Positions 24,651-35,000 of a stretch of DNA of 64,000 nucleotides are shown here, one piece after another; within the stretch, counting starts at the first letter, position 1; every line of letters begins with the position of its first letter. Location: the NCBI GenBank assembly GCA_025558095.1, contig JAIVFI010000006.1, positions 434,001 through 498,000 of the forward strand. The letters run 5' to 3'. The DNA is from Hyaloraphidium curvatum SAG 235-1. Its lineage: Eukaryota > Fungi > Monoblepharomycota. The position numbers were made by a program, and so were the translations under genes. The notes beneath the pieces were generated by a model. It was given only the letters and a program-made list of their open reading frames with translations. It did no database searches and was not told the DNA's origin.

Positions 24651-25971
24651 CGTAAACTCGGTCTCCAGAACCGGGTTCTTGCGACGGGGCTGGCCGGGCT
24701 GTGCTGTGCCCCGCGGAAACCGCGCCCCAGATTCCACGAACCGTCGCCAAAATCCGTCGCTCGGTACATATACCGGCGCGGAGGATGGCAATGGACACCA
24801 ACGCAGTCGAGAACCAGCAATCCAACAACCGATCCAACCTCGAACGAATCCGAAACCGCAACAGAAGCGATGGCACGCACCGCAATCCTCCTCGCGACCC
24901 TCGTCGCCGCCACCTTCGCCGCCTCGGACGCCGCCCTGCTCCCCAAAGAGCACCTCCGGTCGCGCTTCCACGCCCGCCAGGTCGCCACCCCGCCGCCGTG
25001 CTACGACCTGCAGGCCGTGCCCGGCTACTCGTCGTCGGCCAACCAGTTCGCCACCGGCGCCTTCTCCATCTCTGCTGTCGAGTGCAACGCCAGGTGCGCC
25101 GACTACCCGGCGTCCAAGGCAGTGCAGTACTCGGCCATCATGGACTTTGGCGGCTACGTGCAGTGCATGTGCTTCGCCGGCATCGCGACGCCCCTCTCGG
25201 CGATCCCGGCGACCGGATACTGCACGCCGTGCTCCGATCCCCGCGGCCCCGGCTCCAACGAGACCTGCGGGAATGAGAACGCGATGAACGGGGTCGTCAA
25301 CGGCGCGCCCCTGGTGCCCATCTCGGCCGCGGCCACGACCACCTCGGCGCCCGCGCCCAGGCCGACCAACCCGCACCCGTTCAGGACCAACGACCCCAAC
25401 GCCTGCTCCGCCTCGCACTCGGTCATGTTCCTCGACGGCCAGCCGTGGCACACGTCGCCCGAAGCCCCCGTGCGCGGCGGCTCGCACCTGCCCGTGATCG
25501 GCCCGCTCAAGCCCGGCAACTACTCCGGCGAGATGGTGCTCAACGCCGAGGCCTACGCCAGCGGCGTGCAGCAGACCGTCACGGGCTACGTCAAGCTGGA
25601 GCTGGATGCCGACAAGGCCGTGCTCCTGTACCAGGCCGTCCCGCCGCAGGTCTGGACGCAGTCGTACATCGTCGACAACCTCGGCCTGGCCATCAGCTGC
25701 GCACCCATGCGCCACGTGGACTTTACCTACGACGAGGAGCTCTCGCGGTGCGCCGCGCCCAGCCCCGTCTACCGCCTGGACACGACCAGGGGCTCCTCGC
25801 AGCCCTTCCCGCAGTGCGGCGACGCCGGGTACTACATCACCGCGTTCGCGCATCAGTGGCTGTCGCAGCCGAGTCAGATCACGCCCGGTGCCAACTGCGC
25901 GATCCCCGGTTGCCCGGTGTGAAGAGACTGTACGGGGGCGTCAAATACATTTGTACTCCAACTCGTTGCTC
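24651..25971 (+). repeat. Left arm of ~1.3 kb inverted repeat (partner 36436-37765)
   Basis: Near-identical reverse complement, covering ~220 bp upstream (CGTAAAC...GTCTCCAGAACCGGGTTCTTGCGACGG), the CDS and ~50 bp of 3' flank. Confidence 0.97.
24870..25922 (+). CDS. Secreted WSC-domain protein with uncharacterised C-terminal domain, copy A (350 aa)
   Basis: Signal peptide; propeptide ending FHAR-Q; WSC-like Cys spacing CY...ECNARC...YSAI...QCMC...CTPC...ETCG; T/P linker; intronless. Confidence 0.85.
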   Translation: MARTAILLATLVAATFAASDAALLPKEHLRSRFHARQVATPPPCYDLQAVPGYSSSANQFATGAFSISAVECNARCADYPASKAVQYSAIMDFGGYVQCMCFAGIATPLSAIPATGYCTPCSDPRGPGSNETCGNENAMNGVVNGAPLVPISAAATTTSAPAPRPTNPHPFRTNDPNACSASHSVMFLDGQPWHTSPEAPVRGGSHLPVIGPLKPGNYSGEMVLNAEAYASGVQQTVTGYVKLELDADKAVLLYQAVPPQVWTQSYIVDNLGLAISCAPMRHVDFTYDEELSRCAAPSPVYRLDTTRGSSQPFPQCGDAGYYITAFAHQWLSQPSQITPGANCAIPGCPV

Positions 25972-26323
25972 TGCCTTTCATCCTTCGTCCATCACCATCA
26001 TATCCAGTCCGATTGCCTGAGCAACGCGCCTCCGAGTCTCACGCAGGTGAAGGTGATATGGGGCGTCCAATCCGCCACTCCGGGGCCCGCCCAATCAATC
26101 AATACCGTCGTCGACCAAAACACCGCGCCTCCCGCTTCCAGGAAGCAGCGGAATTGAGCCCTGGAAACAAAGCTCCAGAGGTCCTTCCTCCTCGTGGACG
26201 TGCTCCGGGGCTCAACCATCGCACCATCGGGCCGTTCGGACTGTCTCCCGCCCGCGCACTCTTGCCTCCACCGGGCCCTCCCTCAGCCCGTTCTCCCCGG
26301 AATCCCACACCTCTTGCCGCGAA

Positions 26324-27278
26324 ATGTCGCTCAAGGGCAAGGCCGCCATCGTAACGGGCTCTGCGACGGGCGTGGGTGCCGCGACGGCGCTGCTGCTCGC
26401 CTCGAAGGGCTGCAACGTCGTGGTGAACGTGGGTTTCCGCTGTTCCCGGCGATGGCGGAGCTCACCGAGCCGCCGGCCTTGAAGTACACGAAATCGAAGA
26501 AGGAGGCGGATGAGACACTCGCGGCGTGCCTGGCCAAGGGCGCCAGCGCGGTGCTAGTGCAGGCCGACGTGTCTTCGGACGCCGACTGCCGCCGGCTGGC
26601 CCAGGCTTGCGTCGATGCATTTGGACGGATCGATTTCCTCGTCGTGGGTGCCGTATTATCTCCGATGCGGAAGCCCCTGGAGATTCATCGGGGTTCCTCG
26701 CGCCAGAACAACGCCGGGACGACGATATTCGCGGACCACAAGAACCTCGACGCCCTGTCCAAGGAGGACTTCTCCAAGATGACCGAGATCAACGTCGCCG
26801 GCCCGTTTCAGATGATCCGCGCGTGCTTGCCGCACTTGAAAAAGAACGGCAAGAACGGCGGCTCCGTGGTCAACGTGTCGTCTATTGCCGGCGTGACGGC
26901 GATCGGGTCGAGCGTGGCGTATGCTGCGTCTAAAGCGGCCCTCAATAACTTGACGATGTCCCTAGCTCGCGCGTTGGGCCCTGAGATTCGGGTGAATGCG
27001 GTTTGGTGGGTGGCATAACCGGAGGCCTCGCAACGACTGCTGACTGACGTTCTGGAACGTGCAGCCCCGGTTTCATCAACACGCGGTGGCTGCTCGAGGG
27101 CCGGGGCGAGAAATGGTTCAATGCGGCCATCAAATTTCAGGAAACGACGACGCCGCTGCAGCACGCGACGACGCCCGAGGACGTGGCGGACTCGATCGTG
27201 TGGCTGCTCGAGGGCGCGCGGGTTGTGACGGGGGAGATCCTGGTGACGGACGCGGGGATGCGGCTAGGCAGGCTGTGA
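26324..27278 (+). CDS. Classical SDR oxidoreductase (3 introns)
   Basis: AIVTGSATGVG, NNAG, VVNVSS, YAASKAA, IRVNAV|CPG, VTGEILVTDAG. Confidence 0.92.
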
Positions 27279-27311
27279 AATCGATTGGATTGCTTCTTTT
27301 CGCCTGGCGTG

Positions 27312-28043
27312 TCACACCGGCTGGATGATGATCTCCTCCACGTTCGCTCCCTTTCCCAGCGTCACTGTCGCCAGCACCATGTCCGCCACGTCGTCCGCCG
27401 TCAGCCCCTCCCCCTTTTCCGACGCCAGCCTCGGGTCTCCGGGCTCCTGCCACCTCTCCGTGTTCATGGTCCCGGGGAGCACCGCCGTGACGCGGACCCC
27501 GGTCCCGCGGAGCTCCTCGCGGAGGTTGCGCGAGAAGCCCAGGGCGCCGTGCTTGGCGATGCCGTAGTCCATTGCGCCGGAGATTCCCGAGACCGCGGCG
27601 GCCGAGACGATGTTGAGGATGGTGCCTTTGCGCTCGATCAGAGCTGGGAGCAGGGCGCGGGTGATGTCGTGCGCGGCGAGCAGGTTCTGGGCGAGCATGT
27701 GCCGCAGTCCGTCCGCCGGCCCATCTGCCAGCGTGCTCGGAGCGTATCCACCGGCGTTGTTCACAAGCAGGTCCGGGGCGCAGCCCTTCTCTTTCAGTAC
27801 GTTGCCCCACGATCCCGGGTGATGCTGCGCGTCCCACAGGCGGAGCGCGTCAAAGTGCACCACGTGCAGCGTGCCTTTTTCCGTTGAGAGCCGCGGGTGT
27901 GCGGCTGCGATGGCGGCGACGGTGCCTTTCAAGTGCGGCGAGTCGGACGACGCGCAGAGCCACATGCGCGACGCCAGGGGCGCGAGGCGGAACGCGATGG
28001 CCTTGCCGAGGCCGCGAGACGCGCCGGTGACCACAATCTCCAT
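27312..28043 (-). CDS. Classical SDR oxidoreductase, intronless
   Basis: IVVTGASRGLG, LLVNNAG, ILNIVS, YGIAK, VTAVLPG, C-terminal VEEIIIQP. Confidence 0.92.
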   Translation of the reverse strand: MEIVVTGASRGLGKAIAFRLAPLASRMWLCASSDSPHLKGTVAAIAAAHPRLSTEKGTLHVVHFDALRLWDAQHHPGSWGNVLKEKGCAPDLLVNNAGGYAPSTLADGPADGLRHMLAQNLLAAHDITRALLPALIERKGTILNIVSAAAVSGISGAMDYGIAKHGALGFSRNLREELRGTGVRVTAVLPGTMNTERWQEPGDPRLASEKGEGLTADDVADMVLATVTLGKGANVEEIIIQPV

Positions 28044-28209
28044 CGCTGCAGCGCTGAGCACGTCCAGCTGCGGCTCCTGACGACGGGGCGCGGCGTCGGG
28101 GTTTCACGCGAGCGGCGGACTGATCACCTCAGTTCGTCGATCGGAGCTCCCCCGTCACGGAATCATCCAGTCGGATACATGTCTACATCAGCCGCAGCCA
28201 TCCTCAGAC

Positions 28210-28659
28210 TCAAAAGGTCGCGTAGATCCACGTCCCCGCCATGACCGCGTGCACCGCCGCGACGCCCCACCTCGCCGGCCCAAACGGCCTCCCGCCCAGC
28301 AGCTCCCGCGCGTCCTTTGCCGCCAGCACCGAGTAAAACACCGCCAACGCACGTCCAAAAGCGATCTGCGCCGGTTGAGGCGCCGAGGCGAGGCCAAAGG
28401 AGGTCGCGGTCGCCATGCAGTAAAAGGCTCCGAGGACGTGAATGAAATCGCCGGCCGGGGGTGCCAGCGGCGCGGGCGAGGGAGATGATTGCGCATCGGG
28501 CTTGTCCGAGGCGGCAGAGGGCGGACCCGGGTCCAAAAAGGGGGCGGCGACGGCGGACGGGACCGCGAAGCAGCCGACTATGCCGAGCGCGAAATGCGCT
28601 CCTTCGAGGGTGAGGAGGGCGGGCAAGCCGGCAGTCGGGATGGGAGACGTCCGGAGCAT
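28210..28659 (-). CDS. Small multi-pass membrane protein of unknown function
   Basis: About 4 hydrophobic segments (LLTLEGAHFALGIVGCFAV; FIHVLGAFYCMA; ALAVFYSVLAA; WGVAAVHAVMAGTWIY). Confidence 0.6.
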   Translation of the reverse strand: MLRTSPIPTAGLPALLTLEGAHFALGIVGCFAVPSAVAAPFLDPGPPSAASDKPDAQSSPSPAPLAPPAGDFIHVLGAFYCMATATSFGLASAPQPAQIAFGRALAVFYSVLAAKDARELLGGRPFGPARWGVAAVHAVMAGTWIYATF

Positions 28660-28852
28660 CAGATCGGAAGCAGCAGCCGATAATGCGAAGGAGGATTGGA
28701 CAGGCGTGGGGGACGCTGCCGAATGCCGCAATTGATGGAAGTCAACGCCCGCACCTCCGCCGCGGCGGCCATCGCTGCACATTCGCCGCGGATCGACTTC
28801 CGGCGCACGTCGACTAAGTGCATTCGGACTTCCCTGTTTCTGCCGCCCGAGG

Positions 28853-30196
28853 ATGGCGTTCGACGGGCTGCCGGTGCCGCTCGGGGAGCACGCCGTCCAC
28901 CTCGGAGGGTCCTTCGCCCGCAAGCGGAAGCGCGTCCCGCCGCCGGCCGAGTGGGCGCTGCTCGAGCTGGACGGCGAGGACATTGCGAAAGCGACGCAGC
29001 GCCCGGCGGACCTGCTGCTCGTGCCGTCGTCAAAGCAGGGCAGGCCGGAGCGGTACCTGTTCGACGGCCAAACTCCCTCCACCGGAAGTCATTCGACGGG
29101 AAATGGGAGGGAAAAACAGGCAGCTAAGGACACAAAGGGTGGGAAGGCGGCCAAAAATGGCCGGCCGGACGAGGCCGGAACCCGCCTGTACGGGGAACGC
29201 GAGGCGCTCGACGGCCGCGACTGCGTGCTCTTCTGGGACACCTTCGCCAACCCGCCGCGTCTGGTGCTCGAGCGCACCGCGGCTCGCATCGCCGATTTTG
29301 GCGAGGACGGCGTCGATCGCGCCGTGGAGCGTCTGGGCCTCGCCAGGGCGGCCCCGCCCGCGCCAGCACGGACGGAGGAAGCACCAGAGCGCGCCAAGCC
29401 CCCCCTCCTCCCCGAGACCCCACCGTCCGGGGCACCCTCGCCGCCGTCGGAGCCGCTCAAGCCCGTTGCGACGCTCAAGATCCGCCTGGCCCCGCCCAAA
29501 CCCACCCCAACGGCGGGCGCCGCCGCCAACGGCGCCCGCTCGCCCCCTTCCGTCGCGCCTACCCCACCGGCGGCACCCACTCCCCCCGCCGCCCCAACTC
29601 CCGCGGCGGCACCCACTCCACCCCGCCCAATCGAGGTCGTCGAGTACTCCGAAGCCTCTTCGGACGGCTCCGCCTCCCCGGCGCGCGCAAGCACCCCCGC
29701 CCTCCCCAGCCTCGTCGTCTCATCCGCCCCTCCCTCGCCCATGCGCTCCCCTCGGCGCACACGCCCAGACGCGAGCCTGCTGGGCGCCGGAGCCGGCGGC
29801 GCGGGGAAGCGCCTCCCCGCCTCTTCCGGCCCGTCCTCCCCCTCCTCCGACCCCGATCTTGACCTGGACGCCCTCGCATCGGACCTGGAGATGGAGCTCG
29901 CGTCGCAGGCCGGCGACGACGACGACGACGACGCGGACTCGGAGGCCCCGCCTCCGCGGCGGCATCCCCCCGGAGGGAGGGGCGGGAGGGCCGGGAGCGG
30001 GCTGCGGAACAGCGTCGAGTTCGAGGACCTGGATGCATCGTCGGGGGACGAGTCGCCGGGGAAGGGAAAGACGGGGGGAAAGGGACCGGCGGGCAAGAGG
30101 CCCGCTGGCAAGAGGCCGGCTGGGAAGAGACCGGCGGGTGGGCCGAGGGCGCTGGCGGGGAGCAGCGACGAGGACAGCGGGAGCGGGAGCGAGTGA
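28853..30196 (+). CDS. ELL-associated factor (EAF) family elongation factor
   Basis: N-terminal HAVHLGGSF, YLFDG and DCVLFWD...LVLER typical of EAF; P-rich middle; acidic LASDLEMEL; KRPAG repeats; S/D/E tail. Confidence 0.7.
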   Translation: MAFDGLPVPLGEHAVHLGGSFARKRKRVPPPAEWALLELDGEDIAKATQRPADLLLVPSSKQGRPERYLFDGQTPSTGSHSTGNGREKQAAKDTKGGKAAKNGRPDEAGTRLYGEREALDGRDCVLFWDTFANPPRLVLERTAARIADFGEDGVDRAVERLGLARAAPPAPARTEEAPERAKPPLLPETPPSGAPSPPSEPLKPVATLKIRLAPPKPTPTAGAAANGARSPPSVAPTPPAAPTPPAAPTPAAAPTPPRPIEVVEYSEASSDGSASPARASTPALPSLVVSSAPPSPMRSPRRTRPDASLLGAGAGGAGKRLPASSGPSSPSSDPDLDLDALASDLEMELASQAGDDDDDDADSEAPPPRRHPPGGRGGRAGSGLRNSVEFEDLDASSGDESPGKGKTGGKGPAGKRPAGKRPAGKRPAGGPRALAGSSDEDSGSGSE

Positions 30197-30380
30197 TTCT
30201 TATGAACGAGGGGGGATCCGTTGATGGAACGAAGCGATCGGTGCCACGTGCGCGGATGCTTTGATGAAGCAAGCATGTGCGGCGCGTCGCGTCGCGTAAA
30301 CAGGAGCCGATTCTCCGCCTCGATCTCTGCTCGAACCGGAAGGACTGCGAAGAGATCTTCCACTGAGACAGCCGACCGAA

Positions 30381-31664
30381 ATGCCGAGGCCACGCATCGC
30401 CATCGCCGGCGGCTCCTTTGCGGGCCTCCATGCCGCCCGCCAACTTGCGGCGCACGCCGACGTCTCCTTGGTCGACCCTGCCGGCTTCGCCGAATATGTC
30501 CCCGCTGTGCCCCGGGTGCTCGCCCACGGGGGTGCGGAGGGGCTGCAGGTCCCTCTGAGCGAGCTGCAGGGCGTGGTATTCGTACGAGGCGCGGCAAAGG
30601 GGGTCGAAGAGGAGGGCGACCGCGGCGTGCTTCTGGTCGACACGATGGACGGCGCAACCCGGAGGCTACCCTTCGACTTTCTCATCATCGCGACGGGTGC
30701 CGAGTATCGCCCGCCGGTCCACTCTTCGGATCCGGCGTCGGGACAGCACGGGCGGGCCGCGGAGCTCGACTCGGCGCGGGACAAACTCGCGGGGGCTGCT
30801 GAGGTGCTCCTCGTCGGCGGCGGGCCCGTTGGCGTGGAACTGGCCGCGGAGCTGGCGTCTATTGGCAAGCAGGTCGTCCTCGCGTGCGGCTCGGGGGTGC
30901 TCGCCGGGATGCACCCCGGAATCGGCGCGGGGGCAAAGAGGTGGCTCGAGGGGAACGGGGTGCGGGTGCTCCCGGGGGCCACTGCCTCCGAGGAGGACGG
31001 CGAGGTCGTCTTGTCGGACGGGCAACGCTTCCCCGCCGCGGCAACGGTCTGGTGCACCGGCTCCCGCCCGCGAACCGCATGGTGCGCGGACAGCCCCGCG
31101 TTCGCCGGCGCTCTGGACCCCCGGGGATACCTCCGCGTGCTCCCAACGATGCAGCTCGATATTCCTCCTGACGTACCGCTGGTGGGCCGCATTTTTGCTG
31201 CGGGGGACTGCGCAAAATGCCCCGCCGTGCCGCTTCCCGGACTCGCGCACACGGCCGAGAAGCACGCCGCCGTCGCAGCTTCCAACGCGCTTCGGCTCGC
31301 TTCGGGACGCTCCTTGGGGGAGCTGAGGCCCGACACGGCGGTAATCTACTCCGTATCGCTCGGTCCGCGCGCGGGGCTGCTCGAGTTCGCCGGGATCCCG
31401 CTGCTCACAGGCGCGTGGCTCGGCGCCGTCGCGCTGGTGCTGGGTGCGGTGACCAAACGGATGGTGGAGGTGCTCAAGGTCGCGCAGATGCGTGGGTACC
31501 TGGTGGGGGAGGTGTTCTGGGCGGTAGCGGACCCGGCAGCGGACCTGCTGGCGAGGGTGGTGCTGGGCGCCCAGAGGCTGCTGCGGATGCTCGGCAGGTC
31601 GGAACGGACAAAGGAGGAGGACGCGCCGCTGTTGCGCGGCCGGATGGGGCCCGTCGCGCACTAG
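30381..31664 (+). CDS. AIF/AMID (FSP1-like) FAD/NAD(P)H oxidoreductase
   Basis: IAIAGGSFAG, FDFLIIATG, LVGGGPVGVELAAE, VWCTG, IFAAGDC. Confidence 0.88.
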   Translation: MPRPRIAIAGGSFAGLHAARQLAAHADVSLVDPAGFAEYVPAVPRVLAHGGAEGLQVPLSELQGVVFVRGAAKGVEEEGDRGVLLVDTMDGATRRLPFDFLIIATGAEYRPPVHSSDPASGQHGRAAELDSARDKLAGAAEVLLVGGGPVGVELAAELASIGKQVVLACGSGVLAGMHPGIGAGAKRWLEGNGVRVLPGATASEEDGEVVLSDGQRFPAAATVWCTGSRPRTAWCADSPAFAGALDPRGYLRVLPTMQLDIPPDVPLVGRIFAAGDCAKCPAVPLPGLAHTAEKHAAVAASNALRLASGRSLGELRPDTAVIYSVSLGPRAGLLEFAGIPLLTGAWLGAVALVLGAVTKRMVEVLKVAQMRGYLVGEVFWAVADPAADLLARVVLGAQRLLRMLGRSERTKEEDAPLLRGRMGPVAH

Positions 31665-32094
31665 GCTCCATGTTCCCGCTTCCCGGCCGCCGGACGGATT
31701 AGCCCGGACTTTGGCGGCTGCCGAAACCGACAACGAAGGCATCCAATTGTGAGCTTACGAGCACGCGGCGTTGGCCTTACCCAGGCCGAGACTAATCAGT
31801 TTGGCTCAGTCCACGTCATTTTAAAGTTCAGCCACGAAGCCAAACGGTCCCCATTCCGGCCTTCTCCGAAGCACTGGAGACTACTGGGAAAAGAGACTAC
31901 GGACCTGCTCGCCAAGACCTCGGCGACTCATTGCCGTGCCGGATCCGGATTGCTCCGCGGAGTCCAAGGCCGTGCGTGGCGCGGCGCCGTCGAGGTTCCC
32001 CGATGCCGCGGACCGCACGCCACGTCTCCTTCGAGGCCGCACTCCCAAAGAAGATGGTTCCCGTGCTTCTTCTCGGTAAGGAGACGCTTTTCCG

Positions 32095-35000
32095 ATGGGG
32101 GCCTTTTGTCTGACACATCGATTAGGCGTGGCGCTGCTGTGGCACTTTCTCCTTCCAACTTCGGCGTCCCCCCTCGGCAGCCTTCACATCGGCGTCCCCA
32201 CCCCCATGCTCACGAACGCGACCCGGCTCCGCGGGCGGGCCGACTACACCGACACCCAACCGTCCGTCGGCGGGTCCTGCGGGAGCCACCTCGTCATGTG
32301 TGCCGATGGCCAGTGCGTGCCTAGCGGATGGACCTACTGCGGCGCGGCAGGGACCTGCCTCCGCCCGCGGTGGACCTGCTGCGGGGACGGATGGTGCTGT
32401 GCCGCCGTGGGCTGCGCCGCCGGGGGTTGCTCCTCGGAGGAGTACTGCCCGCACTCGCGGTGCGACGGATCCATCTCGGGACGGGGCTGCTGCATCGACA
32501 CGTCGACCGATCCTTTCAATTGCGGCCGGTGTGGCAACGTCTGTTCGATGCCGGCCAATGGATGGGCGTGGTGCGCCGGCGGTGAGCGGAACGACGCGGA
32601 ACGTCGGCTACTTGCTGATGGCTGAGCATGCCACAATCAGGGTCTTGCCGAATCGAATGCGCTTCGGGCTTCACGCAGAGGGGATCGAGCTGCGAAGAGA
32701 GGGATCCGTGCGACGGCGTGGATTGCGGTTCCTCTTCCTCGTGCTCATATGGTTCCTGCTCCTGTAACTCGGGCTACACTTCTCCGACGGGAGACGGGAG
32801 GAACTGCCGTCCCATCGACCTCTGCCAAGGTATCAACTGCGGACCATACTCGTCGTGCTATCGTGGGACCTGCAGCTGCAACTCCGGTTACACCTCGCCG
32901 TCTGGGGACGGCAAGAACTGCAGGCAGATCAATCCATGCGAGGGAGTCAGCTGCGGCGACTACTCATCGTGCTCGCAAGGCGCCTGCACCTGCAACTCCG
33001 GGTACACCTCTTCGTCGGGTGACGGAAAGAACTGCCTCCCCATCGATCTTTGCCAAGGCATCAACTGTGGCGACTACTCGTCGTGTTCGCGCGGAACCTG
33101 CACCTGCAATCCGAACTACTCTTCATCTACGGGCGACGGAAAGAACTGCCGTCCGATCGACCCCTGCGAGGGCGTTAACTGCGGCGACTACGCATCATGT
33201 TCGCAAGGCACCTGCACCTGCAATTCCCGGTACATTTCCCCATCGGGGGACGGCAAGAACTGCAGGCAGATCAACCCATGCGAGGGAGTCAACTGCGGCG
33301 ACCACTCATCGTGCTCGCAAGGCGCCTGCACCTGCAACTCCGGGTACACCTCTTCGTCGGGTGACGGAAAGAACTGCCTACCCATCGATCTTTGCCAAGG
33401 CATCAACTGCGGCGACTACTCGTCGTGCTCACGCGGAACCTGCACGTGCAATCCGAACTACGCGTCCTCGACCGGCGACGGAAAGAATTGTCAGCTGATT
33501 GACCCTTGCCGTGGAATAACCTGCCCCTCTGGCCAAGTGGTAAGATACAAAGTCCCCTGGGGGAGCCGCTGTTCCTTACCAGTGTCATCTTTACCAGTGC
33601 AACCAAGGTGCCTGCGTCTGCGCAACCGGCCTAACGTCCTGCGGTGGCAGCTGCATCGCTCTCGATTCCGACTCGCGCAACTGTGGCGCTTGCGGAACTG
33701 CTTGCCCCGACGGACAGTCGTGCTCACAGGGGCGTTGCGTCTGTCCCGGCGGCCTCACGAACTGCAACGGATTCTGCGTCTCGCTTGACTCGGACAGGAG
33801 CCATTGTGGCCGATGCGAGAACTCATGCCCTGTGGACTCGACGGGGTGTTCTTCCGGGGCGTGCCAGTTCCGGCCCACGTGCAGTGCAGGGCAGACCAAC
33901 TGCGGCAGCGAGAGCTCGCTCAACTGCGTGGCACTTGACTCGGATCTGCGGCACTGCGGAGCATGTGGGCGTTCCTGCCCGAGCGGACAGATTGTGAGTA
34001 CAATCGTCCTACTTTCTGGGAAGCTCTTTGTTTGACGACGATTTTGTCCCCCATCTAGTGCTCCTCTGGGACTTGCGGCTGCTCGAACGGGCTGACTGCG
34101 TGCGGATCGGCTTGCGTCGCTACGAGCTCGGACATCAATCACTGCGGACAATGCAACAGTGCTTGCGGATCGGGCGCTGTGGGCTGTACGAACGGTGTAT
34201 GTCAAGTTCCTGCCGCTCCGGCCCCACCTCCACCTCCGCCGCTGGCCAGCACTGCAACGATGTCAACGCCCTCGAGTGCTGCGTCAACTGCTGCGTCCGC
34301 AGCAGCCAAAAGCACGGCCGTGAACGGCGGCGCGACGTCAACTCTCTCGTCGACGATAACTCTGCATAGCGCGACGCTGCAGAGCACGACTGTGTCCTTT
34401 GCGAGCGCTCCATCTGCAATCGCTACCCCCGCCGGCTTCACTGTTCTGTCGCTCCCAGCCGGGACCAGAGTCTTTCTGGTCACGGGCTCGAGAGGCCTCT
34501 CGTGCGGCCCCAATTGTGTGTTGTTGGACGGATCCTCGGGGGAATACGCTGTGGCAGGGGTTCCAGGTTCGGCCGCCATCGGCCTCCGACGTGGATCGTC
34601 ATGCCTTCAAGTTCAGCTCGCCGGTGCTTCCTCAACCGTCGTGGAAGCAAGCTGTCCTAGCTTGATGTTGGCACAGCACAGGCGCCAGAACGGTCCGCAG
34701 CTCTTCCCGTACTGGGTTCTGTTCAACTCCTCCTCTGGCTCCATGATAGTGCTGAACGCCAACATGAATGTTTCGAGCGGCTGCCTGCAAGCCTCATCCG
34801 AGAGCATCGTCAGCTTGGGGTCGTGTTCCAGCGCAGCAGCAGCGCAATGGTCTGCGCCTTCGGTTGTCACCGCTGCCTCGACGGCTTCATCCTCGGGCAA
34901 CATCGGTGCGATCGTTGGCGGAGTTGTGGGTGGCATCGTTGCAATAGCTGCGGCAGTCGGTATCGGCTTCTACATGAAGCGGCGACGGCAAGCCGCTCAA

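Noticed and set aside
18700-31664. Oxidoreductase-rich stretch as a secondary-metabolite cluster
   Set aside because: No backbone enzyme (PKS, NRPS, terpene synthase), transporter or cluster regulator, and the genes are interleaved with housekeeping genes.
32703-33500. CRISPR-like array
   Set aside because: These are contiguous in-frame coding repeats without unique spacers, in a eukaryotic context with no cas genes.
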